The notes under the pieces were generated by a model that saw only the letters and a program-made list of their open reading frames with translations, was not told where the DNA came from and made no database searches. 64,000 bases of DNA, from the NCBI GenBank assembly GCA_964446575.1, contig CAYUOX010000072.1:3327-67326 (forward strand). Reading direction: 5' to 3'. Both the position numbers and the translations under genes were made by a program. Every line of letters begins with the position of its first letter. Position 1 is the stretch's first letter. Below, piece by piece: positions 45,726-56,000 of this stretch. This DNA comes from an uncultured Anaerolineaceae bacterium. Lineage in GTDB: Bacteria > Chloroflexota > Anaerolineae > Anaerolineales > DRMV01.

Positions 45726-45792
45726 CGCATATCCGCTCCCAAGGCGGGGAAGGCAGGCCTCGTGACCTGCGCGCGGCTTGCTCGGGCCGCGT

Positions 45793-46455
45793 TCAAGGGA
45801 TGCCGATAGCACAATTGTACCCGAAGGCCTGCGCGCAGCGGGCGATCATGCCGCTTGGTTGGCCGCACCCCCATTGGGCCAAGACGCGCGCGATGGCACA
45901 CACAGGCAGGCCCACCACGTTGGCAAAACATCCCTCGATGTGGGTTACGGGGCGAAAGGTGGGGTTTTGAATCGCGTAAGCCCCGGCTTTGTCCAAAGGG
46001 TCGCGACTGGCCACGTAGGCTCGGATTTCGTCCTCGGTGAACGCGCGCATGTGCACAGTGGCACGAACCACTTCGTGATGAGCGCGCTTCTGCGCGGGCC
46101 AGAGCAACGCGAAGCCGGTGAGGACGTGGTGCGCGCGGCCTTGGAGTTCGCGCAGCATGGCAACCGCGTGGGCTGGGTGGCGCGGCTTGCCCAAGATGCG
46201 CGCGCCATCCACGACCGCGGTGTCCGCGGCCAGGACGATCTCGTTGGCCGCGGCCTGGGCCGCGAGCGCTTCGGCCTTGGCCTGGGCCAAACGCGCGACA
46301 TACGCGGCAGGCGCCTCGCCCGCGCGGACGCGTTCGTCCACCTGGGGCACTTGCACCCGCACGGGCAGCCCCAGCCAATGCACCAAAGCGCGGCGTCGCG
46401 GGGAGCCCGAGGCCAATAACAAACGACACGGTGGGGCAGCGGTTTGGGTCGTCAT
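45793..46455 (-). CDS. maf: Maf-like nucleoside-triphosphate pyrophosphatase
   Basis: 220 aa. Carries LLLASGSPRRRAL, LGKP and DKAGAYAIQ. Confidence 0.85.
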   Translation of the reverse strand: MTTQTAAPPCRLLLASGSPRRRALVHWLGLPVRVQVPQVDERVRAGEAPAAYVARLAQAKAEALAAQAAANEIVLAADTAVVDGARILGKPRHPAHAVAMLRELQGRAHHVLTGFALLWPAQKRAHHEVVRATVHMRAFTEDEIRAYVASRDPLDKAGAYAIQNPTFRPVTHIEGCFANVVGLPVCAIARVLAQWGCGQPSGMIARCAQAFGYNCAIGIP

Positions 46456-46465
46456 TGGCGCGTTG

Positions 46466-46491
46466 GGGGGCGATGCCAGCGCATCGCCCCC
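46466..46491 (-). promoter_or_regulatory. 11-bp GC hairpin between rpoD and maf (no U-tract)
   Basis: GGGGGCGATGC pairs with GCATCGCCCCC around a 4-nt loop. Confidence 0.5.
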
Positions 46492-46496
46492 GGCGG

Positions 46497-47699
46497 TTAC
46501 TTCAGATATTCCCGCAACTGCTGTTGAATCTCGGGCTTACGCAGGCGGGCCAGGGCTTGGGCTTCGATCTGCCGCACCCGCTCGCGGGTGATGCCCATCT
46601 TGCGGCCGACCTCTTCCAAGGTATAAGGTTTGCCATCCAGCAGCCCATAGCGCAATTGCAAGATGCGCACTTCGCGCGGGGGCAGGGTGTTGAGCAGTTT
46701 TTCCAGGTGTTCGCGCAGCAGGGCTTGGATGGCGTTCTCGTCGGGCGCCTGCGCGTCTTCGTCTTTGATAAAGTCGCCCAAGACCGATTTCTCGTCGTCG
46801 TCGGTGGGCATCTCCAGCGACAAGGGATGCCGCGCGACTTGGATCATATATTCCACTTTCTTGGGCGGGATGCCCAACTCTTTGGCCAACTCTTCGATGG
46901 AGGGCTCGCGGCCCAGTTTCTGCGTCAGTTGGTGTTGCGTGCGCAGCAGTTTGTTGATTTGGTCGCCCATGTGGACGGGCACGCGAATGGTCCGCCCTTG
47001 GTCAGCAATGGCGCGGGTCACGGCTTGGCGAATCCACCAGGTCGCGTAGGTGCTGAACTTGTGCCCGCGGCGGTAGTCGAACTTCTTGGTGGCCCGAATG
47101 AGGCCGATGTTGCCCTCTTGGATGAGGTCCAAGAACGGCACGCCGCGACCGATGTATTTCTTGGCCACGCTGATGACCAAGCGCGAGTTCGCGATGATGA
47201 GTTGTTCGCGCGCGCGCCAGCCGTCCTCGATGATGCGCCGCAGTTCTTCGCGGCGTTTCGGGCTCACCTTGCCCCGGGCCAGTTCCGCGCGCGCCTGACG
47301 GCCCGCTTCGATGCGTTTGGCCAACTCGACCTCTTCTTCCGCGGTCAGCAGGGGGATGCGCCCCACTTCTTTGAGGTACAGGCCGATCATGTCGTCGGTG
47401 TCGATGTTGGCCAGATAGTCTTCCTCATCCGCGTTTTTGGTCGCTTTGGGGGCCTCTTCCTCTTCTTCCAGCAACTCTTCGTCGCTGGGCTCTTCGCTGG
47501 GTTCGTCTTCCAAATAGGCCACCCCAGCGCTGATGAGCGCGGCAAAAATTTCCTCCAATTGGTCCAGGTCCCCGTCTTCGATCTTGGGGAAGAATTGGAG
47601 GATGTCATCGTAAGTCACATACCCTTTTTCGCGGCCCAGTTCCACCAATTGGGCCACGGCCGAGAATTCTTCTTCATACAAAAATTCTTCGCCAATCAT
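46497..47699 (-). CDS. rpoD: Primary-type RNA polymerase sigma factor (group 1)
   Basis: 400 aa. Has an acidic region 1.1, then [59 protein letters not shown] and [26 protein letters not shown]. Confidence 0.95.
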   Translation of the reverse strand: MIGEEFLYEEEFSAVAQLVELGREKGYVTYDDILQFFPKIEDGDLDQLEEIFAALISAGVAYLEDEPSEEPSDEELLEEEEEAPKATKNADEEDYLANIDTDDMIGLYLKEVGRIPLLTAEEEVELAKRIEAGRQARAELARGKVSPKRREELRRIIEDGWRAREQLIIANSRLVISVAKKYIGRGVPFLDLIQEGNIGLIRATKKFDYRRGHKFSTYATWWIRQAVTRAIADQGRTIRVPVHMGDQINKLLRTQHQLTQKLGREPSIEELAKELGIPPKKVEYMIQVARHPLSLEMPTDDDEKSVLGDFIKDEDAQAPDENAIQALLREHLEKLLNTLPPREVRILQLRYGLLDGKPYTLEEVGRKMGITRERVRQIEAQALARLRKPEIQQQLREYLK

Positions 47700-47833
47700 C
47701 GTGCCTTGCCCTCACCTCGTCAAGAATGGGTCTTGCATCCTCTCTTCATGGTAGCCCAAGAAGGCTCCCTTGTCTCCCTATCTATCCTCACCATATGCGC
47801 GGGCAGACGCGCCCTTTGCTTTAGATGCCTGCC

Positions 47834-48469
47834 TTAGGGCGTTGGTGACGGCGTTGGCGTGGTGGTCGGCGGCGCGATCTCGTCCAGCAAATCCAAGAGC
47901 GAACCTACCGCGTATTGTCCGACGGCGACCAGTTGGGCGTTGTCGCCCACCCGTAAGTAGTAACCGTTTTGCAGCGGCGTGGATGCGCCGACCCACAAGA
48001 CAATGTGTTGGCCGTCGCGGGTTTCGAGCACGATGCGTTTTTCGGGTTGGGCCAGGCCCACGGTCGCGGGGTCGGTGTCAGGCGGCAAAGTGGCCAAGAT
48101 GCGGGCGTAGACCATGCCTTCCAGCGCGCTGTTGACGCGCCAGGCTTCTGGCGGTGTCGCGTCGGCGGGCTCCGCGACCTCCCATTGGGGCTCGGCCGCG
48201 GCGGAGGTTTCCGCAGCGGGTGTTGGCGCGGGGGTAGGGGTGGCCTCGACGCGCACCAACACCACCCGCCGGTCCGCGTCTTGGGCTTCCAGCACGATGC
48301 GCACCACCGCCTCCGGCTCCAGGTCGGGCAACAGCCGGGGCATGGGGGTGGCTGTGGGCTCGCTGGTAGCCGTGGCCTCAGCGCGGCTTTGGTTCTCGCG
48401 CGCCCACCATGTCAGGCCGACCAGCGCCAGAAACACGCCGACCAAGATCCATGTGCTGCGGCGGATCAT
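47834..48469 (-). CDS. DUF4340-like membrane-anchored protein (last gene of the GldG-type ABC operon)
   Basis: 211 aa with an N-terminal anchor WILVGVFLALVGLTWW. GGAGGTG precedes the ATG. The family is called from its position after a GldG-like gene and its general pattern. Confidence 0.65.
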   Translation of the reverse strand: MIRRSTWILVGVFLALVGLTWWARENQSRAEATATSEPTATPMPRLLPDLEPEAVVRIVLEAQDADRRVVLVRVEATPTPAPTPAAETSAAAEPQWEVAEPADATPPEAWRVNSALEGMVYARILATLPPDTDPATVGLAQPEKRIVLETRDGQHIVLWVGASTPLQNGYYLRVGDNAQLVAVGQYAVGSLLDLLDEIAPPTTTPTPSPTP

Positions 48470-48475
48470 GGCCGT

Positions 48476-50050
48476 TCACCTCCGCATGCGTCGGCGGAAC
48501 CACACCACACCGCCCACGAGCAGCACCGCGCCGGGCAATAGGCAAATGGACGACAAGGCCAGCACGGTCAGGCCATAGCCGGCCAGCGGCTTGAGGTAGC
48601 GCTGGGTCTGCGGCTTGGGTGTGATGGTGATGAGGTTCTCTTGCCCCGCAGCCCAGTCGACGGCATCGAGCAGCAGCAAGCCGTTGCCATAGGCCTGATA
48701 GAAACCGTTGCGCGCGAAATCGGCATCGCCGATGACCACCACGCGCGCGCCGGTCAGGGTGTCGTGGGCGACCACGACCAAGGGCACGGGACCGGCCAGA
48801 TCTTGCCCTTCGTCATAGGCCACTTGCGCGCCTCCCTCGGGCGTGGCGGTGTGGAAGGCCGTCAGGTCGGTCTCGGCCCAAGCGCGTTCAGTGGTCTGGA
48901 CGAGGGCTTCGACGGTGAGGGTGGACGGCGCATCGTCCAGCGCGCGCACGCTGCGGGCCACGGGGAAGAGCACCACCAGGCCGGCCAGGTTTTGGGTGAC
49001 GGGGTGCCGCTCGGTGGGAACGCCCACCGCGATCAGGGGCTGTTGGGGTGACGAAGTGTCGACCACGACCGTGTCGTCCACTTGCACGAACCAATGCTCG
49101 GCCAGGTACGCGCGCAACTCAGGGCTGGGCTCCGCAGCGCCTTCTACCGATGTGTTGAACAAGAAGATGACGCTGCCGCCGTTGGCCAAATAGTCTTCCA
49201 CGGCCTGAAGTTCTTTGTCCGTCAGGGGCTCCATCGGCCCGGCAAACACCACGACATCCGCGTCGTCGGGCAAGGTGCCTTCCGCGGGCAGGCTCCAGGT
49301 GCGAACGGTGAAGTTGCGGTTGACCAGTTCTTCTTTGAACATGGAGTAGCCCGCATCGCCCAAGGTTTCGATGTCGGCCTCGCCGTGGCCGGTGACGAAC
49401 ACAACCACCCGTTCCTCAGGGCGCAGCAGCCGGGCCAGCGCGTTGGCGATTTCTTCGTCGGACAAAAAGCGCACCTGTTCGTGGCGCTCGCCTTGCACCA
49501 ACACGACCGTGCCGTCGCGCGTGACCCCATATTGCTGGGCCAGGGCCGGGTTGGCAATGGGGTCGACGAATTGGTATGTGAACTGGCCGTTGCTGGCCAG
49601 CGCGAACTTGTCCAAGGTTTCACGCGCGAAGTCGCGGTTGATATTGACGGAGTAGAAGGCGTACGCGGTGACGGGCTCTTCCAGATTTTGCAGCAGTTCT
49701 TGCACTTCGGGCGGCAAGGTGTTGCTTTTGTCTTCGGTGAGGTCCCAGCGTTGGGGGTACAGGGTGGCCAAGTAGTTGAGCGCGGCCAAGATGCCCACAA
49801 AGGCCAACGAGAGCACCAACGCGTTGCTGCCATAGCGGGCTTCGCGGCCGGTCAGCCAGCGCCGCACCCGGTCGGGTTCCAAATAGATGAAGACGGCCAA
49901 GCCCACCAGCGCGAGGGCCAACCCAATGCGCACTGGCGGGTCGAACGCCCGCATAACCACATACGCCCCCGCGGCGAACAGGGCGCTTGCCAGGGCCAAG
50001 CCCAGCGCGACCCACGGAAGCCACGCGCGCCAAGTTTTGGTCGGGTTCAT
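48476..50050 (-). CDS. GldG-like ABC-transporter accessory protein (ABC-type uncharacterized transport system family)
   Basis: 524 aa from ATG 50050. GGAGG lies 8 nt upstream, and there is an ATGA overlap with the permease stop at 50047-50050. It has terminal TM helices and a VVFVTGHGE motif. Confidence 0.8.
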   Translation of the reverse strand: MNPTKTWRAWLPWVALGLALASALFAAGAYVVMRAFDPPVRIGLALALVGLAVFIYLEPDRVRRWLTGREARYGSNALVLSLAFVGILAALNYLATLYPQRWDLTEDKSNTLPPEVQELLQNLEEPVTAYAFYSVNINRDFARETLDKFALASNGQFTYQFVDPIANPALAQQYGVTRDGTVVLVQGERHEQVRFLSDEEIANALARLLRPEERVVVFVTGHGEADIETLGDAGYSMFKEELVNRNFTVRTWSLPAEGTLPDDADVVVFAGPMEPLTDKELQAVEDYLANGGSVIFLFNTSVEGAAEPSPELRAYLAEHWFVQVDDTVVVDTSSPQQPLIAVGVPTERHPVTQNLAGLVVLFPVARSVRALDDAPSTLTVEALVQTTERAWAETDLTAFHTATPEGGAQVAYDEGQDLAGPVPLVVVAHDTLTGARVVVIGDADFARNGFYQAYGNGLLLLDAVDWAAGQENLITITPKPQTQRYLKPLAGYGLTVLALSSICLLPGAVLLVGGVVWFRRRMRR

Positions 50051-50793
50051 CCGCGCCACCTCCGGCTTTCAATGATGACCGTGCCCATGAGCAGGCCGAA
50101 CGCGGTCACACTGAGGTAATACACCACGCCCTGCAAGTCGATCACTCCACGGAAGAATGCGGTGTAGAAATGATGGCCAAAATCCAAGTAGCGCAGCAGG
50201 CCTTCGCTGGGGCTTCCTGCGGCGGCCAAACTGCTGATCATCCACAAAAAGAGGAACAAGGCCAACGTGACCACAAAGGCGGCCACTTGACTGCGAAACA
50301 GCGCGGACACTGCCACCCCCAGGGCCAGCAGGGCCGCGCTGACCAACAGCAAGCCCAAATAGCCGCTCACCACCGGCCCCCAATCCAACCCTGGCTCGGT
50401 CAGCAGATGCAACGCCAAGGGGTAGATCAAGGTGAGGGCCAGCAACACGACCACGAACAACAGCGCGCCCAACCATTTGCCCACAACCAATTCCCAATCG
50501 CGCACCGGCGCCGTGAGCAGCAATTCGAGGGTGCCGCTGGCTTGCTCCCCGGCCAGCAGGCGCATGGTCAGCGCGGGGATGGAAAAGACCAACAAGGTCA
50601 GCATCGGACCGATGACGATGTCGGCATTGGGTGGTGGGGCTCCCTGGAACAGGCTGAACGCATAGGCCCGCTGCAGGCTGTTGTTGACAATGAGCCCCAG
50701 GACGAACAGATATAGAAACAGCACCAAATAGCCGGCCGGGCTGGTGAAATAACGCCGGAACTCCCGGCGGGCGATGATCCACACCGTGCGCAT
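50047..50793 (-). CDS. ABC-2 type transporter permease (GldF-like)
   Basis: 248 aa with six hydrophobic segments. It follows the ATPase gene directly. Confidence 0.8.
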   Translation of the reverse strand: MRTVWIIARREFRRYFTSPAGYLVLFLYLFVLGLIVNNSLQRAYAFSLFQGAPPPNADIVIGPMLTLLVFSIPALTMRLLAGEQASGTLELLLTAPVRDWELVVGKWLGALLFVVVLLALTLIYPLALHLLTEPGLDWGPVVSGYLGLLLVSAALLALGVAVSALFRSQVAAFVVTLALFLFLWMISSLAAAGSPSEGLLRYLDFGHHFYTAFFRGVIDLQGVVYYLSVTAFGLLMGTVIIESRRWRG

Positions 50794-50796
50794 GGG

Positions 50797-51801
50797 TCAG
50801 GCCTCCTCGTCGTCCTCGGGTGCGGAGGTTGGGGGGGCGTCGTCCGCGGTCGAGGGCGCCTCATTTGGCCCCGCGCCCTCTTCGCGAATGAGTTGCAAGA
50901 AGATGTCCTCCAACGAGAGCGAAACCGTGCACATTTCGTGCAGGTCATATCCCGCGTCCAGCACCGTGCGGGCCAGCACAGGGCGCAAGTCGCGGCTGGC
51001 CTCGGGGGCCAATTCAACCTCCCAGTGGTGGGCATCGACCTGGTGCACGCGCAGCACCCCTTTCAGTGCGGTCAAACGCGACTGCAAATCGTCGCCGCGG
51101 TCCGCACCGCTCACCCGCAGCCGGATGCGTTGCGCGCCGCGCAAGCGCAGTTCCAGTTCTTCGGGCGTGTCTTCGGCCAGAATGCGCCCTTGGTTGAGAA
51201 TGAGCACCCGGTCGCACAACGCTTGGGCTTCCGAGAGGATGTGCGTCGACAGCATGACCGTGTGTTCTTGGCCGATCTCGCGAATCAAGTTGCGCACCTC
51301 GACCCGCTGCGCGGGGTCCAACCCCATCGTCGGCTCGTCCAAAATGAGCACCTCGGGGCGGTGCAGAATCGCCTGGGCCAGACCGACCCGCTGCCGCATC
51401 CCGCGCGACAGGCTGCCGATGAAACTCTCACTGCGGTGCAGCAGGTCGACCCGTTCCAAGACTTCTGCGATGCGCTCGTCCAGGTTGGGCACCTGGCGTA
51501 ACTGGCCCATGAAGGCCAAATAGTCCCACACCGTCATGTCGTCATAGAGGGCAATGTTCTCGGGCAAATAGCCCACACGGCGCCGCACTTCCAACGATTC
51601 GTCCACCACGTGATAACCCGCAATCCACGCGTCGCCGTCGGAGGGCGGCATATAACCGGTGAGAATGCGCATCGTGGTGGTCTTGCCCGCGCCGTTGGGA
51701 CCCAAAAAGCCCACGATCTCTCCCTTGTGGGCTTCGAAAGTGAGGTGGTCGATGGCGAGACGCCGACCATAATACTTGGTGAGGCCGCGCGCTTTGATCA
51801 T
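50797..51801 (-). CDS. ABC transporter ATP-binding protein (GldA-like) with an acidic C-terminal tail
   Basis: 334 aa from ATG 51801. Carries the Walker A GPNGAGKTT, the signature LSRGMRQR and the Walker B VLILDEP. Confidence 0.9.
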   Translation of the reverse strand: MIKARGLTKYYGRRLAIDHLTFEAHKGEIVGFLGPNGAGKTTTMRILTGYMPPSDGDAWIAGYHVVDESLEVRRRVGYLPENIALYDDMTVWDYLAFMGQLRQVPNLDERIAEVLERVDLLHRSESFIGSLSRGMRQRVGLAQAILHRPEVLILDEPTMGLDPAQRVEVRNLIREIGQEHTVMLSTHILSEAQALCDRVLILNQGRILAEDTPEELELRLRGAQRIRLRVSGADRGDDLQSRLTALKGVLRVHQVDAHHWEVELAPEASRDLRPVLARTVLDAGYDLHEMCTVSLSLEDIFLQLIREEGAGPNEAPSTADDAPPTSAPEDDEEA

Positions 51802-51902
51802 CTTGCCGCTCTCCAGAGGCAAAAATAAAAGACCCCGCTCGGTGGCCTTGGGTTGGGAATCGGCTGAGAGGGTTTGAGCCGGGTGGAATTGCGCTGTAAT
51901 TC

Positions 51903-51930
51903 ACTATACCCGTTTTGGCCCAAAAGTCAA
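51903..51930 (-). promoter_or_regulatory. Near-consensus promoter TTGACT-N16-TATAGT for the ABC operon
   Basis: The minus strand reads GGCTTGACTTTTGGGCCAAAACGGGTATAGTGAAT, ~100 nt upstream of ATG 51801. Confidence 0.65.
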
Positions 51931-52065
51931 GCCACCTTCGCGCCCTTTTTTGTGATTTGGGGATTTTGCTCCGCGCACGGCCGGCCCCTTTTTCCAAACA
52001 ACCAAGGCCTTCGTCCCACCAGGGATTAAAGCCCCGTGAAAGTTGCGTCGCGAACCAAGCCACGT

Positions 52066-52095
52066 TTGGCGAAAAGGCGTCTTTTGTGCTATGAT
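52066..52095 (+). promoter_or_regulatory. Promoter candidate TTGGCG-N18-TGcTATGAT for the receiver/GAF/ParA operon
   Basis: The extended -10 TGCTATGAT lies at 52087-52095, 84 nt upstream of GTG 52179. Confidence 0.45.
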
Positions 52096-52178
52096 AGGGG
52101 TGTGGCTGGGCAACTTCCTTAAAAGGGGGCCCAGACGAATGGTATTTACTCAATCTCTTAGGAAGAAGGACGGACTCC

Positions 52179-52544
52179 GTGGCCGGAAAATGCATCCTCT
52201 ATGTCGAAGACAACGCGGACAACCGCATGTTGATCCGGCGGCTGCTCATGGCCGAGGGCTTTGAACTCATCGAAGCCGAGAACGCGGACCAAATGTGGGC
52301 CGTCCTCAAAGAGCACCGCCCGGATTTGATTCTCATGGATTTGCACTTGCCGGGGGTCGATGGGTTCACCCTGACGCGCCAAGTGACATCCGACCCCCGC
52401 TACGCGGACATTCCAGTAGTGGCCCTGACGGCCGACGTGCTGCGCGACACGCCGCAGCGTTGCAGCGAGGCCGGATGCGTGGGCTACATCACCAAGCCCA
52501 TTGACGTGGATTCGTTCATCGAAAACCTGCGGCGCTTTTTGTGA
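52179..52544 (+). CDS. Stand-alone response-regulator receiver (CheY-like)
   Basis: 121 aa with a GTG start. Carries ILYVEDN...DLILMDLHLPGVDG...VVALTAD...YITKPID, so all phospho-transfer residues are present. Confidence 0.85.
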   Translation: MAGKCILYVEDNADNRMLIRRLLMAEGFELIEAENADQMWAVLKEHRPDLILMDLHLPGVDGFTLTRQVTSDPRYADIPVVALTADVLRDTPQRCSEAGCVGYITKPIDVDSFIENLRRFL

Positions 52545-52565
52545 GTCGCAGTGGGGAGAGCACCC

Positions 52566-53000
52566 ATGACTCTGGAATCGCAAGCGTCGGTGCCCGACGC
52601 GGCTGCAGACGACAAGCCGTTGGTGCTGGTGGTGGAGGACAACGTCGCCAATTTCGTCCTCATCGCCCGCATGTTGGGGTTCATCGGCATTGAGACTAAA
52701 TGGAAAACCTCGGGCTACGAAGTGGTCGAATTCGCCCAACGGATGCCTCGACTGGATTTGATCTTGATGGATCTGCGCCTGCCCTATGAGAGCGGTTACG
52801 AGGCGTTGGAGAAAATTCGCGCTTCGGAGCATCTCAAAGATGTTCCCGTGGTCGCGGTGACCGCGGAGGCCAGCCAGGAGCAAATGCGCAAAGCCCGCGA
52901 AGCCGGCTTCAACGGCTTCATCGGCAAACCCTTAGACCCTGATCGCTTTCCCGAGCAAATTCGGCGCATCTTGGCCGGCGAAGAGGTGTGGGAGTTGTGA
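52566..53000 (+). CDS. Stand-alone response-regulator receiver (CheY-like)
   Basis: 144 aa from ATG 52566 (GGGGAG lies 7 nt upstream). Carries VLVVEDN...DLILMDLRLPYESG...VVAVTAE...FIGKPLD. Confidence 0.85.
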   Translation: MTLESQASVPDAAADDKPLVLVVEDNVANFVLIARMLGFIGIETKWKTSGYEVVEFAQRMPRLDLILMDLRLPYESGYEALEKIRASEHLKDVPVVAVTAEASQEQMRKAREAGFNGFIGKPLDPDRFPEQIRRILAGEEVWEL

Positions 53001-53064
53001 GGGTGCTGCACCCGCGTTGTACCCCGGAGTGTGGGACTGCGCATCCTATGGTGAGGTTTGAGGC

Positions 53065-56000
53065 ATGAGTTTGCCGCCCATTCCGTTCGACCCCGACGAC
53101 CGGGAGCCTGACGCCACGCCTCCTCCGGTGCCCCCGGCCGACGCGGAAGCCTTCGCCGATTTGGCCTTCGACGAAGAGCCCGAGAGCGCGGCACCATCGG
53201 CGCCCCCTCGGCCCCAGGAGACGACCGGCCGGCCGCGCCGTCGGTTCCGCCGGCGTTTGGTGCTGCGCTTGGCATTGCTGCTCCTCGGCAGTGTGCTCCT
53301 GCCGCTGACCATCGAAGGAATCTGGTTCTACTATCGCACCTACAGCGAAGCCGTGCAACTGAACCTGCGCCGTGAAGAACTGGTCCTGGACTTTGCCTTC
53401 AGCGATTTGAATGCCTGGCTGGTGCAGCGGCAGGCGCGGGTGGAAACCGCGCTGACCATGCAGGACCTCCAAGACGCGCTCCACGTGCTTTGGACGGCCT
53501 CGCCCGAGAGCCGTCGCTTCGCCAACGCGCGCAGCATTTTGCTGCATCGTTTGGAACAACGCACCCGAACCGAGGGCGGCGTGCCCCTGTACACCGATTT
53601 TGCGCTGGTCACCCCGGCCCAAAAGGTGTTGATCGCCAGCGAGCCCGAATGGGAAGGCAAACCCTTGGCCGAAGTGCCTTTTGGCCCATCGCTGCAACAG
53701 CGGTGGGACATTGCCACAGCCCAGACCTGGCATTGGGTGTACCCGCTGGATACACCTAACCCCACCGATGACGCTTTGGGCGTGGGCAGCACTTTTCCGC
53801 TGTACGACCAGGACGGTAACTTGCAAGGCCTGCTGGTTGGCTTGGCCTCCGACCTGATCGTGCAAGAGACGCTGACGCGTTTGGGCCGTTGGCTTCCGCA
53901 AGGGCAGAGCGTCTTCGTGACCGAAGAGGGGCGGGTCTACCAGTGGGATTCTTCCATGCAAACCCTGCAGATGGTGGACGACCCCTTGCTGGCCCAACTG
54001 GTGTCTGTGCTGGCGCAGCAGCCGCGCGAAACCGTGCTGCTGGGCGAGGTCGACCGTTGGGACGTCTTGTTGGCCCGTTGGGGATTGGGGTCGGCCACCC
54101 GTTTAGTGCCTTATGCCCACACCGATCTGCAGGTTGTCTTTCCTTTGTGGTGGTTAGACGCACCCGGCATCATCGGTTTGGCTGGGTGGATCGAACCCTT
54201 GCGGGCCACGCTGGTGGTGAGCAATCCCGAGTCGATTGCCGTGGCCGGCGTGACCAATCTGCTGCGTTTGCGCCTGTGGGTGTGGAGCGCGCTGTTGGTT
54301 TTGACCTTGGGCGTGGCCGTGTTGTTCGGCCGTCGCTTGTTGCGCCAAGTGTATGACCTGGTGCGGGTGGCCGAAGCCTTTGCTCAAGGCCATTGGGATC
54401 AGCGGGCCGAGGTGGTGGGCAACGACGAGATGGCCTTGCTGGCCTATACTTTCAACGATTTGGCCGACCAATTGCAAGAGACCTATGCCACTATGGAGCG
54501 CGAACTGAACTTGCGCACCCAACAGGTGCAGTTGGTGGTGACCATGGCCACCGTCGCGCTGGAAGGGGGCTCGGAATCTGCACAAGTGTTGCGCACCATC
54601 TTACAGCGGATGGGTGAGCGCTTCCCGCGCTTTGCCTACTTGTCGTTGCGCTTGTGGCACGCGCCCGACCAAGGTTGGCAACCCGCGGCGCGCATTTCGC
54701 GCTTACCTCAAGCCGTGAACTTGGCCTTGCGCTCCTTCGAGCCACATTTGGCCTCAGAAGTCGGGCGCACCCTGGACATGCGCATGTGGGCCAACGAAGA
54801 CGGCCAGACTTTGCGCTTGCCCCCGCCGCTGAGTTGGATGGTGGGCGTGCCGCTGAGCACCCCCCAACGCCTCATGGGCGTGCTGTTCGTCGGCGGCGTC
54901 GATACCAGCCTGCCGGGCGAGTACGACCGCTTCGCGCTGCGCTTGCTGGCCCGTCAATTGTCGTTGGTGCTGGAGTATCTGCACTTGAACCGCGGGCAAG
55001 CGTTGGAGGCTGAAAAGCAACGCGTGATTCGGCATCTGCTGGAACGCTTGCCGTCGCTGAGCCACAGTTCCCAAGTCGTGCCGGCTTTGGTGGAAGGGCT
55101 CGGCGAGGCCCGCGCGCAAGGGGTGTTGCTCGTGCCTTCGCCCGAGTTGACCGACACTTGGAGCGTGGCCTATCCGCCGGCGAAGGATGACAAGGCGACC
55201 ACGTCGGTGCGCAACTTGCTCTCTCTCATCAGCGATGGGCCGGCCCACCTGGTGGTAGACGAGGGCGAAGGTATGGGCGTGGCCGTATTGGCCCGGCTCT
55301 ACAACTGGCAGACCATTGGCTTGTATCCGGTGCGCGACCCTCAAGGCCGCATCTTGGCTGTGTGGGCGCGTGGCACCCGCTTGGGCGAAAGCGAAACCCC
55401 CTTGGACCGCGAGCGGGAACGCTTGTTCACCGATTTGCTGGGCTGGGCGTTCTTGTACGCGGACATCCAGCAGCGGCTTTCGGTGTGGGAAGTGGTGCAA
55501 AAGATCTTGGAATACGCGCCCGAAGCGCCCTCTGAGGGCCACCTCTACTTGCGGGCGTGGGATTTGCTGCAAAAATACTTGCCCGAGGCCGATTTCTTTG
55601 TGGCCTCGCATCGGGGCGGCAGCAGCGCGTACACATTCATCTATCCGCACGGACAGCGTTACTACCACACCACTGTCACGCCCGTCGAACAGTCCTTGAT
55701 ACAGCAAGTGGCTGAGCGGGGGCAACCGCTGTTGTTGAGCGACAAGCACAAAGTCATCGCCCAGGCGGGCAAGGTCATGCGGGTCGCGACGCGCATCCCC
55801 GAATCGTGGCTGGGCGTGCCCGTGGTGCTGGGCCAGCAACGCTTGGGCGTCATCGGCTTGGTGCAATGGGAGAAACCGCGCGCGTTCTCGGCCGAACATC
55901 TCGCGTATTTGCGCACGTTGAGCCAGGGGCTGGCCGGCGTGATGTTCTCCATCCAGCAGGAAAGCCGCTTGCGGCGTCGCATCGAGCGCGAGCAGTCGTT

